A stretch of 64,000 nt of DNA from Eledone cirrhosa (GCA_964016885.1 OZ024753.1:15996001-16060000); one strand, 5' to 3'. Numbered from the stretch's first letter, positions 1 to 12,702 are shown. The notes: generated by a model from the letters alone, not told the origin. A program made the numbers and translations.

Positions 1-3000
1 TAACAAACCACAGTTCACAACTGACATCTCATCCCACAGCTAACAAACCACAGTTCACAACTGACATCTCATCCCACAGTTAACAAACCACAGTTCACAA
101 CTGACATCTCATCCCACAGCTAACAAACCACAGTTCACAACTGACATCTCATCCCACAGCTAACAAACCACAGTTCACAACTGACATCTCATCCTACAGC
201 TAACAAACCACAGTTCACAACCGACATCTCATCCCACAGCTAACAAACCACAGCTCACAACTGAAATCTCATCCCACACCTAACAAACCACAGTTCACAA
301 CTGACATCTCATCCTACAGCTAACAAACCACAGTTCACAACCGACATCTCATGGCCCACAGCTAACAAACCACAGTTCACAACCGACATCTCATCCCACA
401 GCGAACAAACCACAGTTCACAACCAACATCTCATCCCACAGCTAACAAACCACAGTTCACATCCGACATCTCATCCCACAGCTAACAAACCACAGTTCAC
501 AACCAACATCTCATCCCACAGCTAACAAACCACACTTCACAACCGACATCTCATCCCACAGTTAACAAACCACAGTTCACAACTGACATCTCATCCCACA
601 GCTAACAAACCACAGTTCACAACTGACATCTAATCCCACAGCTAACAAACCACAGTTCACAACCGACATCTCATTCCACAGCTAACAAACCACAGTTCAC
701 ATCCGACATCTCATCCCACAGCTAACAAACCACAGTTCACAACCAACATCTAATCCCACAGCTAACAAACCACACTTCACAACCGACATCTCATCCCACA
801 GTTAACAAACCACAGTTCACAACCGACATCTCATCCCACAGCTAACAAACCACAGTTCACAACTGACATCTAATCCCACAGCTAACAAACCACAGTTCAC
901 AACCGACATATCATCCCACAGCTAACAAACCACAGTTCACAACCGACATCTCATCCCACAGTTAACAAACCACAGTTCACAACCGACATCTAATCCCACA
1001 GCTAACAAACCACAGTTCACAACTGACATCTCATCCCACAGCGAACAAACCACAGTTCACAACCAACATCTCATCCCACAGCTAACAAACCACAGTTCAC
1101 ATCCGACATCTCATCCCACAGCTAACAAACCACAGTTCACAACCAACATCTCATCCCACAGCTAACAAACCACACTTCACAACCGACATCTCATCCCACA
1201 GTTAACAAACCACAGTTCACAACCGACATATCATCCCACAGCTAACAAACCACAGTTCACAACCGACATCTCATCCCACAGTTAACAAACCACAGTTCAC
1301 AACCGACATCTAATCCCACAGCTAACAAACCACAGTTCACAACTGACATCTCATCCCACAGCGAACAAACCACAGTTCACAACCAACATCTCATCCCACA
1401 GCTAACAAACCACAGTTCACATCCGACATCTCATCCCACAGTTAACAAACCACAGTTCACAACCGACATATCATCCCACAGCTAACAAACCACAGTTCAC
1501 AACCGACATCTCATCCCACAGTTAACAAACCACAGTTCACAACCGACATCTAATCCCACAGCTAACAAACCACAGTTCACAACTGACATCTCATCCCACA
1601 GCGAACAAACCACAGTTCACAACCAACATCTCATCCCACAGCTAACAAACCACAGTTCACAACCAACATCTCATCCCACAGCTAACAAACCACAGTTCAC
1701 ATCCGACATCTCATCCCACAGCTAACAAACCACAGTTCACAACCAACATCTCATCCCACAGCTAACAAACCACACTTCACAACCGACATCTCATCCCACA
1801 GCTAACAAACCACAGTTCACAACTGACATCTAATCCCACAGCTAACAAACCACAGTTCACAACCGACATCTCATTCCACAGCTAACAAACCACAGTTCAC
1901 ATCCGACATCTCATCCCACAGCTAACAAACCACAGTTCACAACCAACATCTAATCCCACAGCTAACAAACCACACTTCACAACCGACATCTCATCCCACA
2001 GTTAACAAACCACAGTTCACAACCGACATCTCATCCCACAGCTAACAAACCGCAGTTCACAACTGACATCTAATCCCACAGCTAACAAACCACAGTTCAC
2101 AACCGACATATCATCCCACAGCTAACAAACCACAGTTCACAACCGACATCTCATCCCACAGCTAACAAACCACAGTTCACAACCGACATCGCATCCCACA
2201 GTTAACAAACCACAGTTCACAACCGACATCTAATCCCACAGCTAACAAACCACAGTTCACAACTGACATCTAATCCCACAGCTAACAAACCACAGTTCAC
2301 AACCGACATATCATCCCACAGCTAACAAACCACAGTTCACAACCGACATCTCATCCCACAGCTAACAAACCACAGTTCACAACCGACATCTAATCCCACA
2401 GCTAACAAACCACAGTTCACAACTGACATCTAATCCCACAGCTAACAAACCACAGTTCACAACCGACATCTCATCCCACAGTTAACAAACCACAGTTCAC
2501 AACCGACATCTAATCCCACAGCTAACAAACCACAGTTCACAACTGACATCTAATCCCACTGCTAACAAACCACAGTTCACAACCGACATATCATCCCACA
2601 GCTAACAAACCACAGTTCACAACCGACATCTCATCCCACAGTTAACAAACCACAGTTCACAACCGACATCTAATCCCACAGCTAACAAACCACAGTTCAC
2701 AACCGACATATCATCCCACAGCTAACAAACCACAGTTCACAACCGACATCTCATCCCACACCTAACAAACCACAGTTCACAACCGACATATCATCCCACA
2801 GCTAACAACCCACAGTTCACAACCGACATATCATCCCATACCTAACAAACCACAGTTCACAACCGACATCTCATCCCACACCTAACAAACCACAGTTCAA
2901 AACCGACATCTCATCCCACAGCTAACAAACCACAGTTCACAACCGACATCTCATGGCCCACCTAACAAACCACAGTTCACAACCGACATCTCATGGCCCA

Positions 3001-3045
3001 CCTAACAAACCACAGTTCACAACCGACATCTCATGGCCCACCTAA
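1..3045. repeat. 40-bp tandem satellite (GCTAACAAACCACAGTTCACAACCGACATCTCATCCCACA), ~76 copies, runs off the left edge
   Basis: Direct 40-bp periodicity with point variants only and no spacers. Confidence 0.98.
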
Positions 3046-3299
3046 TCAGATCAGTGAAAGAAGACATTTCTGCCAATTTAGTTTACAAGTAATTTCATAA
3101 ACTTCGAAAGAATTTATTATAATTTTCTTTTTTATTATTTGAGTTAAACGTGTTAACTTTCATATTTAATGTTTTAACTAAATCACATTGAAGTTTGAAA
3201 TTAACAATTCATGATTCCAAATATCTGCTGTTTTATGATCTGGAACTCTTTTACTCTGTAAAGAATTGGCAGAGTTATTTTATTGTTGGATTTAATGAG

Positions 3300-3480
3300 T
3301 TGCTATTTGTTCTAGCAGTCTGTGCTGCTCTGAGTTCAAATACCACCAAGTCAGTTATACCTTTCCTCATTTCAGGGCCAATAAATATAGCTCTAAATAA
3401 GGCAGTGGACTGACTTGGTATTTGAGCTGCTCTGAGTTCAAATCCCAACAAGGTCAACTTTACCTTTCGTCGTTTTAGGA
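3300..3480 (+). mobile_element. Decayed tRNA-derived SINE fragments (two partial copies)
   Basis: CTGAGTTCAAAT B-box-like motif twice, each followed by a degenerate version of the ACTTTGCCTTTCATC motif seen in the intact copy at 5989. Confidence 0.55.
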
Positions 3481-3527
3481 CTCAGCATCCATAAATTAAA
3501 TATGAGATAATTAAGCATGGCTTAGAC

Positions 3528-4575
3528 CAGGCATGTCAAATATACGGCCCTTTACAAGCACACCTGCGGCCCACACAAAGGTTTATACAGCGCGAGCATA
3601 ATATAGAATAAAATATATTAGTTAAAATGTGCGCAATTAGTTGCCATGTGTGGCCCTTAGACAACGCACATGTGACCCATGTGGGCCTCAAACAACACAC
3701 ATGTAACCCATGTGGGCCTCAAATAACACACAAATGACCCATGTGGCTCTCAGACAGCACATATGTGACCCATGTGGCCCTCAGACAACACGTGACCCAT
3801 GTGTGGCCCTCAGACAACACATATGTGACCCATGTCGCCCCCAGACAACACATATGTGACCCATGTGACCCTCAGACAACACGTGCCCCATGTGACCCTC
3901 AGACAACACAAATGTGACCCATGTGACCCTCAGACAACACATATGTTACCCATGTGGCCCTCAGACAACACACGTTACCCTCAGACAACACATATGTGAC
4001 CCATGTGGCCCTCAGACAACACATGTGACCCATGTGACCCTTAGACAACACATATGTGACCCTTGTGGACCTCAGGCAACACACATGTGACCCATGTGGC
4101 CCTCAGACGACACACATGTGACCCATGTGGCCCTCAGACGACACATGTGAACCATGTGGCCCTCAGACGACACATGTGACCCATGTGGATCTCAAACAAA
4201 ACACATGTGACCCATGTGGCCCTCAAACAACACATGTGGCCCTCAGACAACACATGTGACCCATGTAGCCCTCAGACAACACACGTGACCCATGTGATCC
4301 TCAGACAATACATATGTGACCCAAGTGGTCCTCAGAAAACACACATGTGACCCATGTGGCCCTCAAACAACACATATGTGACCCATGTGGACCTCAGACA
4401 ACACACATGTGACCCATGTGGCCTTCAAACAACACACGTGTGACTCATGTGGCCCTCAGACAACACATATGTGACCCATGTGGACCTCAGACAACACACA
4501 TGTAACTCATGTGGCCCTCAGACAACACATATGTGACCCATGTGGCCTCAGGGGGCCCTTAGTTTGATCTGCCTG
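3528..4575. mobile_element. Non-autonomous hAT-type DNA transposon (MITE) with internal minisatellite
   Basis: TIRs CAGGCATGTCAAA and TTTGATCTGCCTG (11/13 match). Perfect 8-bp TSD GCTTAGAC at 3520-3527 and 4576-4583. Subterminal GGCCC motifs. Confidence 0.9.
3645..4550. repeat. ~29-33-bp minisatellite (CATGTGACCCATGTGGCCCTCAGACAACACA) inside the hAT MITE
   Basis: About 29 degenerate tandem units seen directly. Confidence 0.95.
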
Positions 4576-4749
4576 GCTTAGACACAGCTGTCTTCCCATC
4601 ACACCTGACTTCCTGTTGTAATTGGAACCAATGAATGAAGAGATGCCAAAAGGCTTGATGGTATCATAATCTCCCCCATTGCATGATGGCAGGCCCCTTA
4701 CATATTGTAAGGGGAAGGTATTTGTAGTTAAACCAGCAACTTCACCGAA

Positions 4750-5460
4750 TCTATATATACTATTGTATTTTCATGGTAAAGGCTTTACCTCACATAATAT
4801 CTCACATAACATTCACATTACTCTATATATACTATTGTATTTTCATGGTAAAGGCTTTACCTCACATAATATCTCACATAGCATTTACATTACTCTATAT
4901 ATACTATTGTATTTTTATGGTAAAGGCTTTACCTCACATAATATCTCACATAGCATTCACATTACTCTATATATACTATTGTATTTTTATGGTAAAGGCT
5001 TTACCTCACATAATATCTCACATAGCATTCACATTACTCTATATATACTATTGTATTTTCATGGTAAAGGCTTTACCTCACATAATCTCTCACATAGCAT
5101 TCACATTACTCTATATATACTATTGTATTTTCATGGTAAAGGCTTTACCTCACATAATCTCTCACATAGCATTCACATTACTCTATATATACTATTGTAT
5201 TTTCATGGTAAAGGCTTTACCTCACATAATATCTCACATAGCATTTACATTACTCTATATATACTATTGTATTTTCACAGTAAAGGCTTTACCTCACATA
5301 ATATCTCACATAACATTCACATTACTCTATATATACTATTGTATTTTCACAGTAAAGGCTTTACCTCACATAATATCTCACATAGCATTCACATTACTCT
5401 ATATATACTATTGTATTTTCACAGTAAAGGCTTTACCTCACATAATATCTCACATAATAT
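4750..5460. repeat. 72-bp tandem repeat, ~10 copies, derived from the left part of a piggyBac-type MITE
   Basis: 72-bp period (24-aa repeat in the ORF track). The unit aligns to ~35678-35745. Confidence 0.93.
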
Positions 5461-5600
5461 CGAATCTATGAGATTTTGAAAGTATTTATTTTGAGAACAA
5501 TACCTTAACATCAGTTTGAGTGACCAGTTACAGCCAGTTTCAACATTAAAAGGTAGAGAATTCTGGCCGGTTTTGGCCGGTTTGAACATTAAAGGATTAA
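4750..5600 (+). mobile_element. piggyBac-type MITE copy with amplified left part and decayed right TIR (…AACATTAAAGGA-TTAA)
   Basis: 5461-5600 is colinear with ~35746-35887. The left TIR was not found. Confidence 0.8.
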
Positions 5601-5932
5601 CCTAGTGGTTAAAAATAAAAGATAAAATATATATTGTCGTTGATATGATCAAATTTAAAGCGGTGCCCTAGCATGACTACAGTAAAATTACTGGTAACAG
5701 AACCAGAATAAAAGAATACCAGAATATCTAGCTAATGCTGCAAGACTTTGTTGATAAGAATGGAAACTTACATCAAAAATGTTATTTTGTAGTAGAGTTA
5801 TAAAAACATATAGAAAAAGAGAAGAGCATTAGAAAGGACCATAAATGCCAAAAGCAGGAAGTGCAAGGACAACTAGACAAATGGAGGAAGAAAAGGAGGA
5901 AGAGAAGAGGGTGAGAAACTCTACACCAAAAT

Positions 5933-5986
5933 GAGTTGTAGTGCACCTGAGCACTGTACATAATAATTTCATTATTATATTATTTT
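5933..5986 (+). mobile_element. Short 3' end of a LINE (probably CR1/L2-type)
   Basis: TTGTAGTGCACCTGAGCACTGTACA…AATTTCATTATTA is the reverse complement of ~54818-54868 and ends in an (ATT)n-like tail. Confidence 0.6.
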
Positions 5987-5988
5987 AA

Positions 5989-6180
5989 GGGCGGTGAATT
6001 GGCAGTATCAGTAGAGGGTTGGACGCCATGCTTTCTAGCATAGTTTCGTCCCTTTATGGTTTGAGTTCAAATCCCGTCGAGGTTAACTTTGCCTTTCATC
6101 CTTACGGGGTCGATAAAATAAAGTACCAGTAATGTACTGGGTAATTGCTGGCCTTATGCCTAAAGTAGAAACAATTATTA
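5989..6180 (+). mobile_element. Full-length tRNA-derived SINE, family M (central motif resembles the Meta domain)
   Basis: A-box-like GGCAGTATCAGTAG, B-box GAGTTCAAATCCC, core GCCTTTCATCCTTACGGGGTCGATAAAATAAAGTACCAG and (ATT)n tail. Many copies in the window. Confidence 0.9.
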
Positions 6181-6554
6181 TATTATTTTAAAAAGAAAAC
6201 TGTAGAATATTAAGAGACAATAATCCTGACAAAGTACAAAATTTAAGATAATTTAGACAAGAAACGGTAGAGGATTATGTTAATAATTCCAATAATATTA
6301 AAGAAGACTTCCAAGTTGACAGGATAAGCAATGAATGCTTTCTTCATCAAATCAAGCTTTAGTGAGAAAAAGATATGCTATGTAGCTAGAGGAAAACACG
6401 TTCCATAACAATTTGATATACTGTACATATGTACTGTAGTGTGTGTATATATATATATATATCTTTTTTTTTTTTTTTTTGTCGATCGACTTTCGTCAAA
6501 TCGGACCGAGGAAACAATGTTTCCGTTAGTCTTTCAATTTGCTAATACTATCTA

Positions 6555-6693
6555 TCGGTCGCAACTCCAGGTAGAAGGAGCAACCTGAAATAAAGTGTCT
6601 TGCTCAAGGACATAACGCATCGCCTGGTCCAGGAATCGAACCGACAACGTCACGATGGCGAATCCAGTTCTCTCACCAATCAGCCACATGCCT
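6555..6693 (-). mobile_element. Diverged CORE-like tRNA-SINE 5' half
   Basis: The reverse strand gives GAAGGCATGTGGCTGATTGGT…GGTTCGATTCCT…GTCCTTGAGCAAGACACTTTATTTCA. Confidence 0.75.
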
Positions 6694-6694
6694 T

Positions 6695-6752
<58 letters not shown>

Positions 6753-6769
6753 TATATATATATATACAC

Positions 6770-6808
<39 letters not shown>

Positions 6809-7477
6809 CACATATATATATATATATATATACATATACTGCGTTATGGTCCACCTGGTTCCTTACTACATTTCCTTCGTTATATATATACATATATATA
6901 TATATATGTATATATATCATCATTTAACGTCTATCTTCCATGCTAGCATGGGTTACATATATGTGTGTGTATGTGTATATATATATAGATATATATGTGT
7001 TTGGGGTTTTGATATAGGGTTCTCTATCGAAACCAGATAAAAGCATTCATAGGGGAAATCAACATTAAAGTGAACGTAAATCACACAAGTCTGTTGGTTT
7101 ATATGATTATGTTCTTGGAATGCTTAATAATAAAGCTATTTATATAATATATCTTATAGACGAGAGAAAGAGACTAGACAAAGAGAGAAAGGGAGGCGAG
7201 AGAGAGTCAATGGTATGGCTTATGCAGAACAGAGGCAAGTATTAATAGTTAATCAAAAATATCAAATAGAGAAGATAAGAAGATCTCAACAGCGACCATC
7301 ATGACAGAAAAATCTGTATAAGCAAAGTACACTTTCTTCAAGTTGATTGATGGTATTGTAACTTCCTTGTGATTATCACAATTTTACATGTTTTCTCACT
7401 GGGTTAGATAGGTTGTTAAACTCAGATAGCTGTGTTTTGCTCATATGTTCCATTTTGGCATGGCTTCTATGGCTGGA

Positions 7478-8290
7478 TCATCATCATCATCACCGTTTTA
7501 TGTCCGTTCTTCCACGTTAGCATGGGTTAGACGGGTTGTCCTGTTGTGGGCAGTGTCCGGTCGGTTGACCATGCCTTGCTCATACGGGAACTGATTCTGG
7601 CTTGATTTTTACAGCTGGATGCACTTCCTAACACCAACCTCATTTACAGTGAGTGCTGGGTGCTTTTTTTCCGTGGCGCCTACATGTCCACTTTACAGTG
7701 TGGGCTGGGTGCATTTTTGCCGTGGCACCTCCACGATCACTTTGCAGTGGGAGGGTGTGGGGGCATATTGTCTATATGGTTCAGCTTCGGCTTGTACCCG
7801 TGGGGGGTTCGGGTCTGCTGTATTACTGTGTGACGCCAGAGGTCATTGTCATGTGTCATCACCTGTGAGGGGGGTAATTGGGTAAGGTCGGCTTTAATCA
7901 CCTCATCCCAGATCTTCTTGGGTCTCCCCACTCCGCGGTTTCCATCAACTTCTAGTGCTCTACACCTTTTTATGCAGCTGTCATCCTTCATACGCATCAC
8001 ATGTCCATACCAACACAACCGCCTCTCCTGCACACAGCATTTGATTCCTCTTATTCTCAGTCTCTCTCTCAATTCATTTATGCTTTGCCGTTCGCGTATA
8101 TTACTATTACACATCCATCGGAGCATGCAGGCTTCGTTTCTTTCTAATCTATGAAAGTCTTCCACAGACAGTGCCTAGGTCTCACTACCATGTAACATTG
8201 CTGTTCGTATACATGGATCATACAGTCTGCCTTTCATTTTGAAGAAAAAGACTTTTGCAGCTAGCAGTGGAAGTAGCTCCCTGAATGTTC
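7478..8290 (-). mobile_element. 5'-truncated RTE-clade LINE (family B): RT C-terminus, 3' UTR and (GAT)n tail
   Basis: ORF 7737-8165 contains RLERNEACMLRWMC…[12 protein letters not shown]…GRPKKIWDEVI, typical RTE C-terminal motifs. The 3' UTR is shared with SINE tails. Confidence 0.92.
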
Positions 8291-9028
8291 TTTCTAATGC
8301 CAACCATTCTGGTGTATACCAGGTTGTTTGCCTCATGGTACCATCACTAGTGGCTGGTCAGTAAATTTAATGTTAAAATGATGATCATCATCATTTCATA
8401 TCTCTGCCGTTCCATGCTTGGACAGGTCACCACAGACCAAGTCAGTACTTAATCAAAGCTATTGTCCTTCTAGACAGGCCAACATCCATATCTTGCTTAG
8501 GGATGACTTCTATTGCTCGATGCCCTTCCTAACACCAACCACTTTCCAGTGAGAACTGGGTGTATATTATTATGGCACCAGGAATAAGGAGGTTGACATG
8601 TTCTTGACTTGACACAACAGAAAAAACCTTCTCAGACTTTTGTTTGGTATGTTAATAGCCTAAAAAATACAATATTCATATAAATTTCTCAACAAGAAAG
8701 ATGAACAAACACTGAATTTTAAATCTTTAATTTTTAATTCTTTTTAATTGTAATATTCAACGTTTGATAAGATGGATTTCACTGATATATTGAAACCAAA
8801 TACTTTATATATATTATATACATTATAAAACTCTTTTTTTAAAAGAATTGTCCCTCTCATTTTTTCAATAATGTAACTTTAATCAAGAAAAAAAAAAAAG
8901 AAAAACAGACTAAAATGTATTTTCCGTGCTATTTCCAATTCCACCCCACTCTCTCTATATATACACACACAAACGAATCAAACATTATTATTAATGTTCC
9001 ATATAACCCATATATATACATATAATCA

Positions 9029-9090
9029 AGGGCGGTGCCCCAGCATGGCCTCAGCCGGATGGCTGAAACAGGTAAAAGAGTAAAAGAGTA
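9029..9090 (+). mobile_element. SINE 3' tail fragment (GGCGGTGCCCCAGCATGGCC…GAAACAGGTAAAAGAG)
   Basis: Similar decayed tails at ~5660-5720 and ~13345-13385. Confidence 0.6.
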
Positions 9091-9122
9091 ATATATGTTT
9101 GTGAATGTGTGTATATATATAT

Positions 9123-9148
<26 letters not shown>

Positions 9149-9156
<8 letters not shown>

Positions 9157-9857
9157 AGTACATTTACCAACATATGTGTACAGATGTTCACCTATGCTAG
9201 CAAATATATATGTTATGTCTTAGTACCTTTGTGGTTCTATGCAGGGGGATGCAGAACAATTATATGAAAGACGTAAAATAAGAAAATTTTAAAAATTAAA
9301 AATCAACTTACTTTTACGTCTTTCATATAATTGTTCTGCATCCCCCTGCATAGAACCACAAAGGTACTAAGACATAACATATATATTTGCTAGCATAGAT
9401 GAACATCTGTACACATATGTTGGTAAATGTACTAATTCTCTATATTTATCTCCAAATTATTTGTTGAGCAAAACTTGCCAAAATTTACTGCTGATTCATG
9501 GTAGTAGTAGGCTCTTGTCATAATACCACCCCGCTCCTAACTGATTAACCTCAGTGTCACGTGATTGATTCTTTAGAATCTGCCACTGACCAGAGGCAGT
9601 GAATTTTTTCAGTGCTCCGGAATTTAGTCCTCGCTGGATTTATTCCATCCACTGAATTATTATTAATTTTATATGGGTTCCTAGTGTCCGCGCATCGCCT
9701 GGAACTTAGCTTAAAATAGACTCCCTGATGACGTAAGGAATTCTCTATAGTTATATTATGTAACTATATTTATCCCCTTACAGAAACTAATTAGTTGGAG
9801 TGAAAATTTTAGTAAGTAACTTCATTTTTAATTTTTAAAATTTTCTTATTTTACGTC

Positions 9858-9866
<9 letters not shown>
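9149..9866 (+). mobile_element. Non-coding Penelope-like/retrozyme-like cassette: ~537-bp unit preceded by an inverted partial copy
   Basis: 9149-9278 is the reverse complement of 9312-9441, and 9261-9311 is the reverse complement of 9816-9866. TTTTACGTCTTTCATATA occurs at both 9312 and 9849. It contains a hammerhead and is flanked by (GA)n and (TA)n. Confidence 0.8.
9720..9801 (+). ncRNA. Type-I hammerhead ribozyme motif (minimal, palindromic stem III)
   Basis: Stem I ACTCC/GGAGT, core CTGATGA, stem II GTAAGG/CCTTAC, GAAA, stem III CTAATTAG, GUU cleavage triplet ending at 9796. Confidence 0.8.
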
Positions 9867-9930
<64 letters not shown>

Positions 9931-9935
9931 CATAT

Positions 9936-10250
9936 GCAATGTGAAATAAAGTGTCTTGCTCAAGGAAACAACACATCGCAGACCGGGTGATGTGTTGTTT
10001 CCTTGAGCAAGAAACTTTATTTCACATTGCTCCAGTTTACTCAGCTGTAGAAATGAGATGATAGGGACTGGAGTCCCTATCATTCCACTGTAATGTGGTC
10101 GTGGAGGTGCCACGGAAAAAAAGCACCCAGCACTCACTGTAAATGAGGTTGGTGTTAGGAAGGTCATCCAGCTGTAGAAATCAAGCCAGAATCACTTCCC
10201 ATCCCACCCTTGCAAGCAGGGAAAAGCAGAGGTAAAAATGATGATGATGT
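9936..10250 (+). mobile_element. 5'-truncated CORE-like SINE (type-A tail) with a 5' fold-back duplication
   Basis: 9936-9977 is the reverse complement of 9989-10030. Body and tail match 14074-14420. Confidence 0.88.
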
Positions 10251-10275
10251 TTATATATATATATTTACATATTTT

Positions 10276-10337
<62 letters not shown>

Positions 10338-10766
10338 GTGCTTTTTCATAAATACAGATGAAGGCGAACTAGCCAGTTTTAGAATTCCCTTTTTCGGATT
10401 ATATTACTGTGAGAGCCCTGGTTTTCTGTTGAGCTCTGCTGATGATTGAAATTCCAACCGTGACCATCTCCACTGAAAGTTTTCATGAAATAGTCTTTTA
10501 AGACTATACAGAGCATTTGATGTTATTCCAAATTGAAGGATAAGTGTTTCAAACTTTATTTTATCATGAGTTAAAGGTCTATAGATTTTCCCTGGATTTT
10601 ACTAAATTCTGTGGATGAATTTATATCCTGATTCTCTTTTGAGATGAGTTTGAGTTATTTTTCCTAAATCTTTCGTTAACTACTTTTCCCATCTTGACGT
10701 TATAGTCGCATATATGTTATAGAATGCCGTTAGCTTCTTGCTAAAACAATCTCTATACCTCTCATT

Positions 10767-10846
<80 letters not shown>

Positions 10847-11109
10847 CATATATATACATATATATATATACATATATATATATACATATATATATATACA
10901 TATATATATATACATATATATATACATATATATATACATATATATATACATATATATATACATATATATATATACATATATATATACATATATATATACA
11001 TATATATATACATATATATATATACATATATATATACATATATATATATATACATATATACATATATATATATAAATATATATATATAAATATATATATA
11101 TAAATATAC

Positions 11110-11176
<67 letters not shown>

Positions 11177-11390
11177 CATATATACATATATATATATAAA
11201 TATATATATATAAATATATATATATAAATATACATATATATACATATATATATATATATATTTACATATATATATATTTACATATATACATATATACATA
11301 TATATACATATATATATATATATTTACATATATATATATATATTTATATATATATATATATTTACATATATATATATATATATATATATT

Positions 11391-11453
<63 letters not shown>
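10767..11453. repeat. (TA)n/(TACA)n microsatellite tract
   Basis: Seen directly. Confidence 0.97.
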
Positions 11454-11460
<7 letters not shown>

Positions 11461-12181
11461 GCGAGAATCGCATTTAGGCAAGTAGACATTAGCGAAACGC
11501 TATATCTCATGACTTAGCAGCTCAAACAGAGATCAGTAAAATAAGTAACAGAATTGAAAAAAACAAAACAAGCATTAATACTGGGATTTTGGTATGATTA
11601 AATATATATATATATCACAATATTTATCTCAGACCTTCAATTATTTTCAGTGTAGCCAATAAAGGTGAAGTAACAACTAATCTAACTTAAAGATGATTTT
11701 AATGTCATAATTTCTTTATATTATTTACATAGAAATAATATATAATTGTTTCTACTTTTAGCATAAGGCCAGCAATTACTCAGTGTATTACTGGTACTTT
11801 ATTTGGGAAGTAAGCATAAGTATCAACATTTATATAAGATAAGATAGCAAAGGCAGAAAAAGCATATGAAAAATATGAGCATATAAATGAAATAAAATTA
11901 GGGGCAGCTAAAATCATTATAAATTTAAAACACGCTGCTATAGAGAAAGATACTGCTATAGAAAGGTTAAGTATAGTACAAGACATATATCATAATCAGT
12001 AAATAAACATATATCGTAAGCATAAGAAACATTTATAGAGTTAATAAGAGCAAGTGTGCAGTTCAATTATAAATTTAAAAATATAAAAATACATCTCCAA
12101 AAGATATTTTAATAATAATGGATATAAAAAGTTTGACTGCGTAATTCAGTCATAATAATAAACTATTATATTTCAAACCAC

Positions 12182-12369
12182 GGGCGGTGGATTGGCAGTA
12201 TCGGTAGAGGGTTGGACACCATGCTTTGACGCATAGAGTTACAGCCCTTGCCATTCTGAGTTCAAATCCCGCCGAGGTTAACTTTGCCTTTCATCCTTCT
12301 GGGGAGTCGATAAAATAAAGTACCAGTAATGCACTGGGTAATTGCTGGCCTTGTGCCAAAAGTAGAAAC
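12182..12369 (+). mobile_element. Full-length SINE, family M
   Basis: Colinear with 5989-6180. Confidence 0.9.
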
Positions 12370-12381
12370 ATTTCAAAGGCA

Positions 12382-12487
12382 ATAATTGTTTCTACCTTTG
12401 GCACAAGGCCAGCAATTAACCTAGTGTATTACTGGTACTTTATATTATCGACCCCGTAAGGATGAAAGGCAAAGTTAACCTCGCCGA
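12382..12487 (-). mobile_element. 5'-truncated SINE, family M
   Basis: Reverse complement of the 3' half of 12182-12369. Confidence 0.85.
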
Positions 12488-12515
12488 GAAATAATATATA
12501 ATGTGTATATAACAT

Positions 12516-12702
12516 AATTGTTTCTACTTTTTCGGCACAAGGCCAGCAATTAACCAGTACATTACTGGTACTTTATTTTATCGACCCCGTAAGGATGAAA
12601 GGCAAAGTCAACCTTGGCGGGATTTGAACTCAGATCGTAAAGGGACGTAACTATGCTGGAAATCATGGCGTCCGACCCTCTATCGATACTGCCAATCAAC
12701 CG
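12516..12702 (-). mobile_element. Full-length SINE, family M, with TSD TGTATATAACATAAT
   Basis: Reverse-complement match. Duplicated flank at ~12504-12518 and ~12704-12718. Confidence 0.9.

Noticed and set aside
1-3045. CRISPR-like array (also considered for 56178-64000)
   Set aside because: Units are contiguous with no unique spacers, there are no cas genes and the context is eukaryotic.
4679-5479. 266-aa ORF with a 24-aa repeat
   Set aside because: It is the translation of a MITE-derived 72-bp array, and a second frame is equally open.
7005-7045. Possible decayed hammerhead (…ATAGGGTTCTCTATCGAAACC…)
   Set aside because: No CUGANGA box, so it cannot be supported.
10439-10455. CTGATGA followed by GAAA
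   Set aside because: Only 2 nt separate the boxes, and no stems I or III form.
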